This document shows positions 39,591-52,045 of a stretch of DNA of 64,000 bases, one piece after another (within the stretch, counting starts at the first letter, position 1; every line of letters starts with the position of its first letter). Source of the stretch: Octopus sinensis (taxonomy: Eukaryota); contig NC_043002.1 of the NCBI RefSeq assembly GCF_006345805.1, positions 75,578,001 through 75,642,000 of the forward strand, read 5' to 3'. The notes beneath the pieces are model-generated. The model did no database searches, was not told where the DNA came from, and saw nothing but the letters and a program-made list of their open reading frames with translations. The position numbers and the translations under genes are program-made.

Positions 39591-39669
39591 TAGGTATAAA
39601 TATGTGTTTCTGTGTATATGTATGTTTGTTTGTGTATGTATATATATTATATATATATATATATATATC

Positions 39670-39705
<36 letters not shown>

Positions 39706-39758
39706 ATACATACACAAACAACATACATATACACAGAAACACATTTATGTGTGTATAA

Positions 39759-39810
<52 letters not shown>

Positions 39811-39816
<6 letters not shown>

Positions 39817-40773
39817 CAGGCTGGCCTGCTAGGTAGCCGGCCAGAATGCTAGAAGAAGACCATCAACGATCAAACTACAGGGGAAATTCTCTAGGAAGTC
39901 ACGGACACTTGAATTATGCAAGTAATTCTTTTGTTAAGACCGAAACCGAGGTATGCATTTAAGTCTGTTATTTATTTAATTTTTCATATGTCCTGCCCGC
40001 CAAAGTTGGTTCTGGTGTTCGCTGAATTCTTCCTCTAGAGAATTGCCCCTGTAGTTTGATCGTTGATGGTCTTCTTCTAGCATTCTGGCTGGCTACCTAG
40101 CAGGCCAGCCCTGCCAATATACACATATATTTGAATTTTCTCTGACTCCTCAGATTTTTTGAATGCTGGACTACTGGTTTTAAATTGATATTAAAATTAA
40201 TATTAATTTATCTCCCTCAATTTTTAAATATTTAAATAAATATGTTCCCTAGTTGTAAGCACTACCCGCAGTGAATTATTCACTGCAGCCCTTCGCTTCA
40301 GGAGTCTCTCAGCGCGCCAGAACCAAGACATTTGAAATTTTTATTCCCGATGTAATCAGTAAGACTAAGCACGTGTCTGTCTTGACACAGAGAGCTGGGG
40401 TTAGTCTTGCGGTTTGCATCTCGAGGACCAAATGTACTGATGAAGTCACGGACACTTGAATTATGCAAGTAATTCTTTTGTTAAGACCGAAACCGAGGTA
40501 TGCATTTAAGTCTGTTATTTATTTAATTTTTCATATGTCCTGCCCGCCAAAGTTGGTTCTGGTGTTCGCTGAATTCTTCCTCTAGAGAATTTCCCCTGTA
40601 GTTTGATCGTTGATGGTCTTCTTCTAGCATTCTGGCCGGCTACCTAGCAGGCCAGCCCTGCCAATATACACATATATTTGAATTTTCTCTGACTCCTCAG
40701 ATTTTTTGAATGCTGGACTACTGGTTTTAAATTGATATTAAAATTAATATTAATTTATCTCCCTCAATTTTTA
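39811..40773 (+). mobile_element. 547-bp partial tandem repeat with 5' inverted segment; Penelope-like pLTR or retrozyme-like
   Basis: 39895-40226 repeats at 40442-40773 (offset 547); 39811-39894 is the reverse complement of 40582-40666; flanked by (TA)n; contains a hammerhead. Confidence 0.75.
40430..40507 (+). ncRNA. Type I hammerhead ribozyme
   Basis: aaatgta CTGATGA agtc[37-nt loop]gacc GAAA C cgag G T A tgcattt; 7-bp stem I with one G-U pair; GUA cleavage triplet, predicted cut after 40500. Confidence 0.8.
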
Positions 40774-40820
40774 TATATATATATATATACGCGAGAAAGA
40801 AGCAACAAGAATGGATAGGC

Positions 40821-40911
40821 TTTTAGTACGATCGTTTCATACAAGGACAGGTTTTATTAAAAGTTGCAAAGATTACAGCATATAAACGAGTCCCGTACTC
40901 ATCAGCTAAAA
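40821..40911 (-). ncRNA. Type I hammerhead ribozyme, mirror copy in left arm
   Basis: Reverse complement of 41256-41346. Confidence 0.78.
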
Positions 40912-41255
40912 TACATGTAAGTTCTCTAGACATCCTAGTGTTTGAGGCTATACTCATGAAGTAATGTAGATAATTAACAGATTTCTAAAGTTCATTAAAG
41001 TTCCTTAAAGATGATGTATAGTCCTATCACAGAATTTTAAAAAAAGTTTTGATAGCATCACAGAGAAGGTGATGGAAATTCATATGGATTAGGTCACCTT
41101 CTCTGTGATGCTATCAAAACTTTTTTTAAAATTCTGTGATAGGACTATACATCATCTTTAAGGAACTTTAATGAACTTTAGAAATCTGTTTAATTATCTA
41201 CATTACTTCATGAGTATAGCCTCAAACACTAGGATGTCTAGAGAACTTACATGTA

Positions 41256-41346
41256 TTTTAGCTGATGAGTACGGGACTCGTTTATATGCTGTAATCTTTG
41301 CAACTTTTAATAAAACCTGTCCTTGTATGAAACGATCGTACTAAAA
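41256..41346 (+). ncRNA. Type I hammerhead ribozyme with palindromic GATC loop III
   Basis: ttttag CTGATGA gtacgggac[41 nt]gtcct t gtat GAAA C gatc G T A ctaaaa; perfect 6-bp stem I; predicted cut after 41340. Confidence 0.82.
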
Positions 41347-41492
41347 GCCTATCCATTCTTGTTGCTTCTTTCTCGCTTATAATCACCCCACATTACTGTA
41401 TTGTTAAATCAGTATTGTTTTTTTTGGTGCATCTAAGTTAGGTACCATATTCAAGTAAATTTTTAATTAACTTGAATCTTTATTGCTCTTTG

Positions 41493-41536
<44 letters not shown>

Positions 41537-41548
41537 ATGTGTGTATAA

Positions 41549-41582
<34 letters not shown>

Positions 41583-42720
41583 TCCTTATGTTGTATGTCT
41601 CGTTTCTCTGGGCTTTTTTGTTGTTTGAAAAAAAAAGTTTGTTTCCATGTTTTTGTTTTTATGTTTTCGTTTCTCATTGTGTTCAAAGTTCTTTTGATGT
41701 CCTGTACCCATATGTGCATGTATACATATATATGTAGGTATGTATATATATGTATGTATATATACATATATTTATATATTATTTATATATATATATATTA
41801 TATCTTATGGGATAAAAATATAAACTGGCCAACAACTGGTATCGGGTTTGACTATGACATTTATTGGGTTCAGATGTTATTGAGTGCATTTGTGATGGCT
41901 ATGTTTGTTGATAGTTACCAAAATAAAGAAATCGTTTACTGTAACAATAAGGAATTAATATTTAATTGTGAGTTTAATGACGAGTATGCATACGTTTAGG
42001 CGTGGGTGTAGAAGTAGCAAACGAGTGAAAACAGACAGAGAGATAGAGAGATGTCTATATATACTTTTATGAAAACACTATTACACTTTCTTGATACCAT
42101 TTAATCAATAACATCTTTAAAAATTTATACTGAAAAAAACATCAAAAGTTTATATACACTTGAGTAATTCCATATTTTTCCAGTAAACCCTGAAGTGGCT
42201 AGAGCATGGCTCAAAACATAACTTATCTCCTTTTTCTTTCTCTTATAGGAAATTTTAAAAATATATCCACTCGCTATATTAATCAATCATAACATTAGAA
42301 TATATGAATAGTTCAACTCACCTAATTCATTAGCAAGCTTCCTGGTTGTTCGTTTAACAAAACGGTTTTAGATTAAATGCTGTTTCTTTGTTACACAAAT
42401 GCAGGTTGCACCGTCTCATAATTTTGGTCAAACAGGAGCTAAAAGATATGTGAAACTAACTTGTTGTTGATGAGCAGGCAGTGTACTTGAGATTTCAATT
42501 TGAATTTGTATTTCATATTTAAAAATGTTATCTTGACCTTCATCACCATTATGAAAAATATAAGTAGGGGAATTTTGATATCGTGCCAAAATTAGTTAGC
42601 GGGAAAATAATGATATATATGAAGTGTTTTACCCCTTTAAGGAGATGGTGTGTTTGATGTAGTAAAAGCTAGCTTGTAGCTCACATGTTTAATGTAACCA
42701 TGTAGTGTTTATGTGACCAG

Positions 42721-42778
42721 CTATCTGAATATTCAGATGATGATAGTACTTGCAGTTCTGAATACATAGCATCTGCGA
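42721..42778 (+). CDS. Candidate exon LSEYSDDDSTCSSEYIASA
   Basis: tttatgtgaccag| and gcga|gtaaat; protein-like composition; no homology recognised. Confidence 0.15.
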
Positions 42779-44044
42779 GTAAATTTAGTTTCTGCATCAT
42801 TAGAGACTGGATAGGGCATATATTTGCAAAATCTAAGGATCATTTCGGTCAGTGACCAATCTAATTTGACAGAAAATCAATCCAACAATTGCCGTTTTCT
42901 GAAAATGTTCCCAATAAAAGTGGTAGTAGTCACCTCCTCCTGTCTCTTGTTGTGCATATAAATAGTTCTTTAGCCAATGTCGTAGAACAAAATAAAGTGT
43001 GTACGAAGCTATAAGATTTAGATTAAATTAAATGTCTATCATTGAGGTCTGGTATAGCTTACAGTATTTCTCTTCTTTTTTTTACATATATATATATATA
43101 TATATATCTTTTTTCTGTTCTAACTCTTACCCCAACCCATTGTCAATTTCGAGAATTTAAATCCAAGGATGCTCTATCATTAAAACATTTTCTAAATGCC
43201 TGTGTTTTGTGACTTTGGAACCAGCTCACTTTCTGGCTCTTCACCTCCAACTCGTCTGTTTCCTCATGCCCTCTTCCACTCCAGCTTGTTCCTTTGGCAT
43301 ATCAACTAAAATTTATTGCCAGCACTAACAACTGTAAAGATGAGGATCTCATCTTAAGTTTCAGTGCTTTATTTCAGTTTTCTAATAATCGGAAATCGGG
43401 TTTCTCTCAGAGTTTTCCCTATTGTTCCTACATAATGGCTGCTCATTCAGATTGTCTGATAGGGCAAAAAAGCACTTGCTTTTAAGTAAAATATCTTAAC
43501 TATATTATGTTCATGCATGTAGAAATTATCTGCATTCATGTTTAGCTTAATACCCTTTAGAGTAGAGAATTATGTCGCTGTTGATATATAGCCAGCTGTA
43601 TCTTCATGTACAGAAGTCAGCTATTGTGATGCATTCATATTGATGATTGAGCTGTGTTAAATGAGCTGACCAACAGGCCCAGTAAGCGTTTGTATTTGTG
43701 TGTGGTTAACTAACATTTTAATGCAGTTATCTGACAATCATTTAGTTAACATCTAGGTATGTTTTATTGCAACAATCCAATTATCATGGAGTTAGTTGAT
43801 TAACCAAGTATATTTTGTCAATCCAGTGATCATACCAATAACAATAAACTGTATAATTTAATCATTGTTATATAGCAATCATACATTTAACAAATGACAA
43901 TCATGTCTCTTGGGTTGTTGTTGGTTTGGGTTGACTACATCTGCATTTGTATGCACAAGCCAAGGCAAGGGTTTTTTTTTTTTTTTTGGATGACAAGCTG
44001 TGTACAAGTCTTTCCTCTTTCTGCCACAGATGTTTCCAAGAGAA

Positions 44045-44200
44045 AGGCTGCTGCTACTACTATTACTACTGCTACTACTATTACTACTACTGCTGCTGCT
44101 ATTACTGCTGCTACTACTATTACTACTGCTACTATTATTACTGTTGCTACTACTATTACTACTGTTGCTGCTGCTACTACTACTACTGCTGCTGTTAGTG
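44045..44200. repeat. (CTA/CTG/TTA)n trinucleotide repeat
   Basis: Direct reading; source of poly-L, poly-T/A and poly-C/Y ORFs. Confidence 0.95.
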
Positions 44201-44229
44201 TTCTATGTTGTTGAGAGTAAGAAAGATTT

Positions 44230-44700
44230 TTGAACATTCAAGGTAGAAGCCTGGAGTGTCTGTAACAAGCTTCAGAATATCAGGCAGCCAATCATTTCAA
44301 TGTCAACAGACTCTCTAGAGAACAGACTCTAGAGAGCATTCTTATCTATGGACCTGAAACCTGGTCTATGAAGATGGAGCTTTGAGATCACCTTTGGTAG
44401 TATGTACAGCATACTTCTTATGAAGGTTCATCATATCACACAGCATGAATGAGCACAAAACCCAAAAAGATGGTTTATGGACACAATCAGCTCTACTGTT
44501 GTTGCTTTTGTGCTGAATAGGATTTCATATCAGATGTTATATGTTGGACTGTTCTGCAACCTGTTACAGGATGAAGGCTATATCATATCTCACGGTGTAA
44601 GCACAAGACCAGAAGGATATTTATGGGTACATTTTGCTATTCAACACAGGGTAGGCTTTACTGGCCATTTGCAGTGTTCTGAATAAAAGGTAATATCAGT
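44230..44700 (+). mobile_element. RTE-clade LINE, decayed ORF fragment
   Basis: AWSVCNKLQNI and LESILIYGPETWSMK match the post-RT ES.LLYG.ETW motif; stops and frameshifts present. Confidence 0.75.
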
Positions 44701-47279
44701 CGTTGTATTTTGGGAGACTTCTGCATCCTAATAGAGGACAAATATCACTTAACTACCTTGATATTATTGGCAGAGACAACACAACACAACACACAACGTG
44801 AAATTGAAGACCTACCAAAGCTAATAGAGAACAGAGATTCCTGGCATGGTGAAGTGAAACACATCTTGGTTACAGCCTCGTGAAGAAGAAGACTGCCATC
44901 GTTATTTGGCAAGTGATGTGGTTAACCAACAAGCAGTGGCAATGATATAGCTTAACAGCTGTATAGGAATACTTTTCCATGGTTACCCATTTATTACCTA
45001 ACAGTTATACATAGAACATATTTACATTGCCTTTTACTCATCATGATGATCTCCCTTCCCTCCCACAGCCTTAATTCATTTGTTTTCCATTTTTTCCTTG
45101 TTTCGTGTTTATATGATTTTGGTATGTACATTTGTTCTCTTGCTTATATTTTGTTTATGGTTTCATTTTCCTTTTTCGTTTTCCCCATATTCGATGTCAT
45201 TTTGTAGATTTATAAATCTATCGTATAGCAATGATATGAAAAGGAATATGGATGGATGATTATTCTGTATGTGCGTGTATCTTTCTTTCTCTCTGTCTCT
45301 CTCTCTCTGACACACACACATATCACACACATTTTATGTACACATAAACATTCACTTACAAGCATACGTATGCAGATGCAACTACAAAATACATACATGT
45401 TTGTGTGCATGTGTGTATTCACCCACACACCCACACATGTGCATACACACAATTATGCATGCATGTAATGTATATGCACATGTATATATACAAACAGAGA
45501 TGCTTGTTTTTATGTGTGTGTGTATATATATATATATATAATGTATGTATATATGCATACACTCTCTTTCTCTTTCACTTGTGCTCTTGTACTTAAAGCA
45601 GTATACGAACTGGAAACATGTGCATATCTGCTTATATATATAGACCTGTATATACAACTCACAAGCAATTACTAACATGGATAAGCAGAGACACACATGC
45701 ACGTGTGCACACACACACACACACACACATTCCCCACAAATGTATATATCTACTCCCCCACCAGCCAACACACACACACATGCTAGCCATTTGTGTACAT
45801 TAAATGAATGAGTATGGATAGTATAATAGGTGAGTGAGCTTCTTAATTCTTCTGAGACAATCTCCAATGCTGAATTGATAGAGGAATGGTGGCCTGTCTT
45901 TACCTCCACCACCACCACCACCACCACCATCGATACCAAGACCTAGCAAACCCACCACATCTTTCCACATACCATTTCTTTCCCCCTCTGACTTCCCTTC
46001 TCCAAACACCCAAAGCCTCACCACCACCACCACCACCACCATCAAGAAGAGGTCCTGTTCTTATTTATCTCCTACTACCCTTCCCTCCTGCCCTCAGCTA
46101 TACCCTCACCCCTACTCCATTTGTTGAAACTGACTCCTGCTGCTATAAATCTCTATATGTAATCCCCATTGCTAGTTTGCTGATTAAATCTTATCTCTCT
46201 CAAGAAATTAATCAATGCCTTCTCTTTTTGAAAGGCTTCTTCTCCTTCTTCCTAGGTGACCCACCCCATACACCACATGCACTTACACACATGCACACAT
46301 ACACATCCACGCCCATACTTTGCTCCTTTCCTTCAATCTATTTCTGCTTCTCTCTCTCTCTCTCTCTCTCGGTCTCTTCCTTTCTCTTTAACCTTCCCAG
46401 TTCCAGTTAACTTACCTTACTTCACCTTCCATTCCCTCCCCTTTCAATCCTCACCCACCACCCAGCATTATTAACTGAGCCTCAACCCTCCCATACCACT
46501 CCCACCACCACCACCATCGCTGCCGCCACCGTCCCCCAGGGATAGACTCAGCACTTCAACATCTCATACCATCTATCTATAGCAGATGCTATCTTGCTTT
46601 GCATCTTTTAACTTTTCAGAGGCTTTATTCTAATGTAAAATTGGGGTTTAGCATATTCCTTCCTTCTTTCTTTCTTTCTTTCCTTCCATTGCACTGTATT
46701 TTTACCTCACCCCACTCCCCACTTTCTCTTATGCTCACCTTCCTGATGTAAGAAGAAGCAAAAAAAAAAAAGAGATAAAAAAGATAATAATTTCATGAAA
46801 CTCTCTTGACATCAACTCTTTTCTCATAAAGTCAGATGAGAATGGTGGTTGAGCTCTAAGGCAAACGGAGTTTGAAACACAGGATCAATTCTTGATCAAA
46901 TCAGTTCACTTAATCTTTGTTTTTAATTATGTAGCCTTGTGCTGATTATTGTTGTTGTTGTCGATGCTGATGTTGTTGGTGGTGGTGGCACCATACTGAA
47001 GAAGTACAAGATGGTAAACAAGAACATGCAGTCATCATCATTGTTTAACATCCGTTTTCCATGCTGGCATTGATTGAATGGTTTGACAGCAAACCCCAGG
47101 GCCATGTTGAACTCTAATGTCAGCTCTGACTTGCTTTCTGTAGCTGGATGCCCTTCCTAATACTAACCCCCACATTAATAACTAGGACAAGTCAGTAGGC
47201 TTGCATCTCGGCATCTGGAGAAAGCATGTCCATGCTGGCTGACATCGTGGGATGTTGAACAGACAGGTCTGTTAAAACG

Positions 47280-47900
47280 TTTAGAGTATGGTTCCAGCCA
47301 GTTATTCAAGTGAATAGACGGTTACAAATCGGGTGGCCAGGCCACTCTCACCAAGAAATGGGTTGAGAGAATGCTGGTCTAGCTAAGTGGTGGCCATGCA
47401 CAGTCACTATCTCCTTTATTTATTATTGTATGACCATTTCACCTTGTTTAGATTTTCACCTGATCATCTTGGAGTATCTGTTTTTTTGCTCCTTGGGGAA
47501 GGTATGTATTCTACTGGTCAGGCAGTCCATCTGTTGCCAATGCCCTTTACATGAACAGTTCTATATCCTGTAGCTGATAATGTGCGGGCTTACAATAATG
47601 CTGTGGCATTTGCAGATATTCTTGAATGGTGTGACGTGGTCACTATATAGAACAGCTTTACTCTATCTTTTCTGAAACTTATCTTTTTGACAGAACTCCA
47701 GTCATGGGTCAAATATTTTGGATACCCAGAACTCAGAATGTTATTAGGTGTTCACAGTTCTTTACCAGTTTGGCAAAGTAGTATACCAATCGTTGCATTC
47801 TACCTCAGGTAAGGCAAGAGTGACAATATTCTCAATGAGATTTTGGACATCAATAAAGAACAGCTGGTTGTAGGGGTCTTTCAGCCTGAGGACTTCAGAT
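47280..47900 (-). mobile_element. Highly decayed RTE-like LINE fragment
   Basis: Minus GIGNRWTA*PVEYIPSPRSKK resembles RTE D.RW.....W.P....R.RGR; remainder unreadable. Confidence 0.4.
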
Positions 47901-49499
47901 AACCACCAGAAATCTCTGACCATCCAGTTTTGTAAGTGATGGTTGGGTGTTCACAGTTCAGGATAAATTCTACAGACATGGTAGTGCTGTCAGCTAGGTC
48001 TGTCTAAGATGTACACAAAATGAAGAAAGTACTTCACAAGCATCTATCTGTTCAATGACTGAATATTGTTTACCTGTTGATGTGCCGGCATCAGCTGTTA
48101 GTACATGTAGGACATGATTACCAACCATGTCCTTCATGAGGGTTGCCCAGCTGCCTTCCTTTGGCTGAGAAGGCTAGTCCTCTTTCTATTGCAGAGGTCA
48201 GTGTACTTCTTGTATCATTTGAACACTTCATAAAACTGTTGATAACTTATTGACCCCAACCCATCATGTAAATTTTGAAATTGAAATTGAAAAGTATAAT
48301 TTTTCGAAAGTTTCTTCATTTAAAATCAATAATTCTTTATTCTTTTATGTCATTGCCGCTTTGCAGTAAAAAATTTTGAAAGAAATTCAATGAAAATATT
48401 TTTTGAGATTGATAAAGAACAATGAAAATTCAGTCGTATTATATTGATAATAATTCAGTAGCCTCAATCCTCAGAGTCATTTGATGTTTTTAGCAATCCC
48501 TTGGACAGCCACGTGGACCCTAAAGTTCTGGTCTTGTGGTTTTCTTGTAAGAGATTGTATGGTGGTCAACATAGAAAAGACTGACAAGAGCTTGACCACC
48601 TTAAACAAGCCTTTACTAACTTCTTCAGTGAATTTACTGGCAGACAGGGTGAGAGAGATCCCAAGTAAATGACCCTACTCTCAGTATTTGTCATCTTGTG
48701 TTGAATTCAGTTTGCAAGGAGAGATGATTGTGCTGATATGGATAAGAAATGAAAAGGAACATCAAGTGTTGAAGTAAAGAAAAAACAAAACAGTGTTGCA
48801 TAATCTTGGTATAGGGTATCGTGTGGGAGATAAAGATTGAGGAAAACGTGAGAAGATGTAGTGAAGTCAGATCTCATGATATGAGCTTATCAGGAAAGAT
48901 GACGAAAGGCAAAAACAATTGTTGATATTTGTATGTACAGCAAACTCATCAAACCCATGCCAGCATGGAAAAACAGATGTTAAAATATTGATGGTGATTA
49001 TGTCAATGGTGGTGGTGGTGGTGATGATGTGTGCATTTAAGAATGTATATTCATATGTCCATGTGGGATGTCTGTGTGTGTGTGTGTCTGTATGTGAAAT
49101 GTATATGTGTGTGTGTGTTTATGCAGATTTGTATATGCATTTATATGTGTGTAACTGAATATGCACAAATGTGTATATACTTACATGTTATTATGTAAGG
49201 TTGTGGAAAGTGTTTCAGTTATATGGCCGTGTGTGCATGCATGTTTGTATGTGAACATGTATGTGCGTGTGCACATGTGTGTGTGCATGTGATTTCATGC
49301 ATTTGTGTGTATTGAGATTGTATGTGTACATATGTGTCTGTGTTTCTGTATTGCTATAGTACGGGGGAAGGAACTGGCATATTTCCACCAGACATTTCAC
49401 AGGGGTTCAAAATTAACAAGCTTGACCTTTATTGTAAACAGCAGGAAACACAAGAGTGTGTGGGTGGGACTTTTGGGTATGTTGTTCAGTCTTTTTCTC

Positions 49500-49605
49500 A
49501 AGTGATTGTATCTGTCTTTATGTATCTATATGCGTTACATGTTAACACTCATGTGTGCAAGTATGTTTACATTTGTCTCTGTGTGTATATATGCTTATAT
49601 ATGTT

Positions 49606-49654
<49 letters not shown>

Positions 49655-50010
49655 ATGTATGTATGCATACATTTGTATATGGGTGTGTGTGTGTATGTAT
49701 GTATGCATACATTTGTATATGGGTGTGTGTATGTATGTATGTATGCATACATTTGTATATGAATGTATCCATATATATATGCATTTATGTATGCATATAT
49801 ATGTATGCATATATGTTTGTACGTGTGCATATATGTATATGAGTATGTGCATTTATATATATATATCTATATATGTATGCATATTTATATATGAGTATAT
49901 ATATATACATACACACACACACACATATACATATATATATACATATATATGCACATATATGCATGTTGATATGTATGTGTTTATATGTATATGATTGTTT
50001 ATATACATAT
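49500..50010. repeat. Compound microsatellite with a higher-order ~40-bp unit x3
   Basis: gtatgtatgcatacatttgtatatg repeated three times within 49655-49760. Confidence 0.9.
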
Positions 50011-50284
50011 GTATATATGTTCCTATTTTGTGTCAAAAGCCAATATGAGAGTTTCTCTAATGGCAACTACCACATTTAGTTTGTTCTAACAGAACATCCG
50101 TGTTTAAGTGGGGATAAACAAGACATACATACATACATATATATAATAAAAAGAAAAAAAAATTAAAACTAGAGAAAAATTTAGAAATGATTATCTCCCC
50201 TTAAGCATAGAAACTCTCTCTTCCTCTCTCTCTCTCTCATGATAGCAGCCTCCAGGAGAATAGAAAACCTTTTACAAATATACC

Positions 50285-50336
<52 letters not shown>

Positions 50337-51021
50337 TTAAGTATATAATTTTAAAATATAATTATAATTAAGCGCTTATAATTTTATAATTATATACTTA
50401 AAAATTAATTTTACCGATAGTCACTTTTTATAAGCTAGCCACTGATATAATCTTTTTAATGGTTATATCCTTAATTTATGAATATATATATATATATATG
50501 TGTATGTATGTATATGGTGCCTCATATATAATCTGTATTGAAGCATTAATTCTATGTCATATTCTATCTTACTTAAGAGACATTTCAAGACATATTGTGT
50601 ATGCATTGTCCTTGCACTCACACACATAGCGGTAAGAAAATGTGTTCTAAGTTGTGAGGTTGAGTTACTGAGAATATGCAAAGCAACTGTACAGAGATAT
50701 TCTTCAATGATGTAAGGTCTCATTATGTGCAGCTAGAAAAAAGAGAATGGTTTTAATTTAAAAGCTAGAGTGTTTGTAGTGTAACGCTTGCCACTTTCTG
50801 GTCAGCGGGTTTTGCCTTACCATTCCCTTGCATTAAATAATTCTTGCATTTTTGATAAGGATCATGTTCTTTGTATACGTATATAAACTAGAATAATTGG
50901 CACCTCATTGGTTGTGTTGCCATCATCTTCATATTCTAACAGAAAAAAAATGTACCTCCCCCCTCTCTCTCACATACACAACCACACACACACAGACATA
51001 CATAATCACAGACACATTCAT

Positions 51022-51238
51022 CGATGTGCTGAAAAGTTCCCGGCTTTGGGTAAAAAAAAAATACAGGAGGATCAGTTAATTATAATTTTATTCAACATAT
51101 TCCTTTCCCAGATTCACATATTTATTGCACCGGTCCTTCAGGTTCTCTAAGCCCTATAAAAGAACTCAGAAAGTTGGGCCTCCAACTAGGCCTATCGTGA
51201 TACCTTTAGAGCCAGGAGCTTCTCAGCATCTCCTCATA
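51022..51238. mobile_element. Tc1/mariner-type MITE
   Basis: gtgctgaaaagttcccggc ... gccaggagcttctcagcatctcctcata; reverse complement of the 25935 copy. Confidence 0.8.
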
Positions 51239-51384
51239 TGCATGCATCTTTCTTTCCTTAATGTTGATTATGGTAAAACTTAGAAGGGAATTAACAAACT
51301 TTATTGCTAGGGACATAACACATAGCAGAAGTAAATTTAAACACTTAATCTTTTGGTGAGATCAAAATGTTGTTGTTGCTGCTT

Positions 51385-52045
51385 CAGTGAGCTGATAGAA
51401 TCATTAGCATGTCAGATAAAAAGCTTTGCCACATTTCTTTTGGTTATATATATATTCTGAGTTCAAATCTCAACGGAGATCAACTTGGTCTTTTATACTT
51501 TTGCAGCCAATAAAATAAGTGCCAGTTGAGCAATGGGATCAATATAATCGACTGAACTCCTCCTCCAAAATTGCTGGCCTTGTGCCTATAGTAGGTAAAA
51601 AATTATTGAGCTGGCAGAATTGTTAATATGTTTGGCAAAAATGCTTAGTGGCATTTCTTCCATCTTTACATTCTGAGTTCAAATTTTGCTGAGGTTGACT
51701 TTGCGTTTCATCCTTTCCAGGTCAATGAAATAAGTACCAGTTACATACTGAGGTTGATGTAATTGACTTACCCCTTACTCTGAAACTGCTGGCCTTGTAC
51801 CAAAATTTGAAATCATCGTCATCATTATTATTTAGGTGGTGAGCTGTCAGAATTATTAGCATGCTGGGTGAAATGCTCAGCGGTATTTCGTCTGCCGCTA
51901 TGTTCTGAGTTCAAATTCTGCTGAGGTCAATTTTGCCTTTCATGCTTTCAGGGTTGATAAATTAAGTACTAGTTGAATACTGTGATCGACTGTCCCTATC
52001 CCCCACAAAATCCAGGCCTTGTGCCTATAGTAGAAAGGATTATTA
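51385..52045 (+). mobile_element. Array of three family B SINEs
   Basis: Heads gagctg..agaat near 51388, 51607 and 51840; ends in (ATT)n(AAT)n. Confidence 0.85.

Larger units (their letters stand above)
40791..41376. repeat. Near-perfect palindrome: arms 40791-41072 and 41094-41376, 21-nt spacer
   Basis: Arms are reverse complements by eye except one 1-bp indel (taattaacag versus ctgtttaatta); spacer tggaaattcatatggattagg. Confidence 0.95.

Noticed and set aside
40120-40140. Minus-strand CTGAGGA...GAAA as a further hammerhead core
   Set aside because: No stem II between the motifs and no stem I or III partners.
39895-40773. CRISPR array or LTR retrotransposon
   Set aside because: Eukaryotic context, no short repeat-spacer periodicity, no TG..CA termini, PBS or gag/pol.
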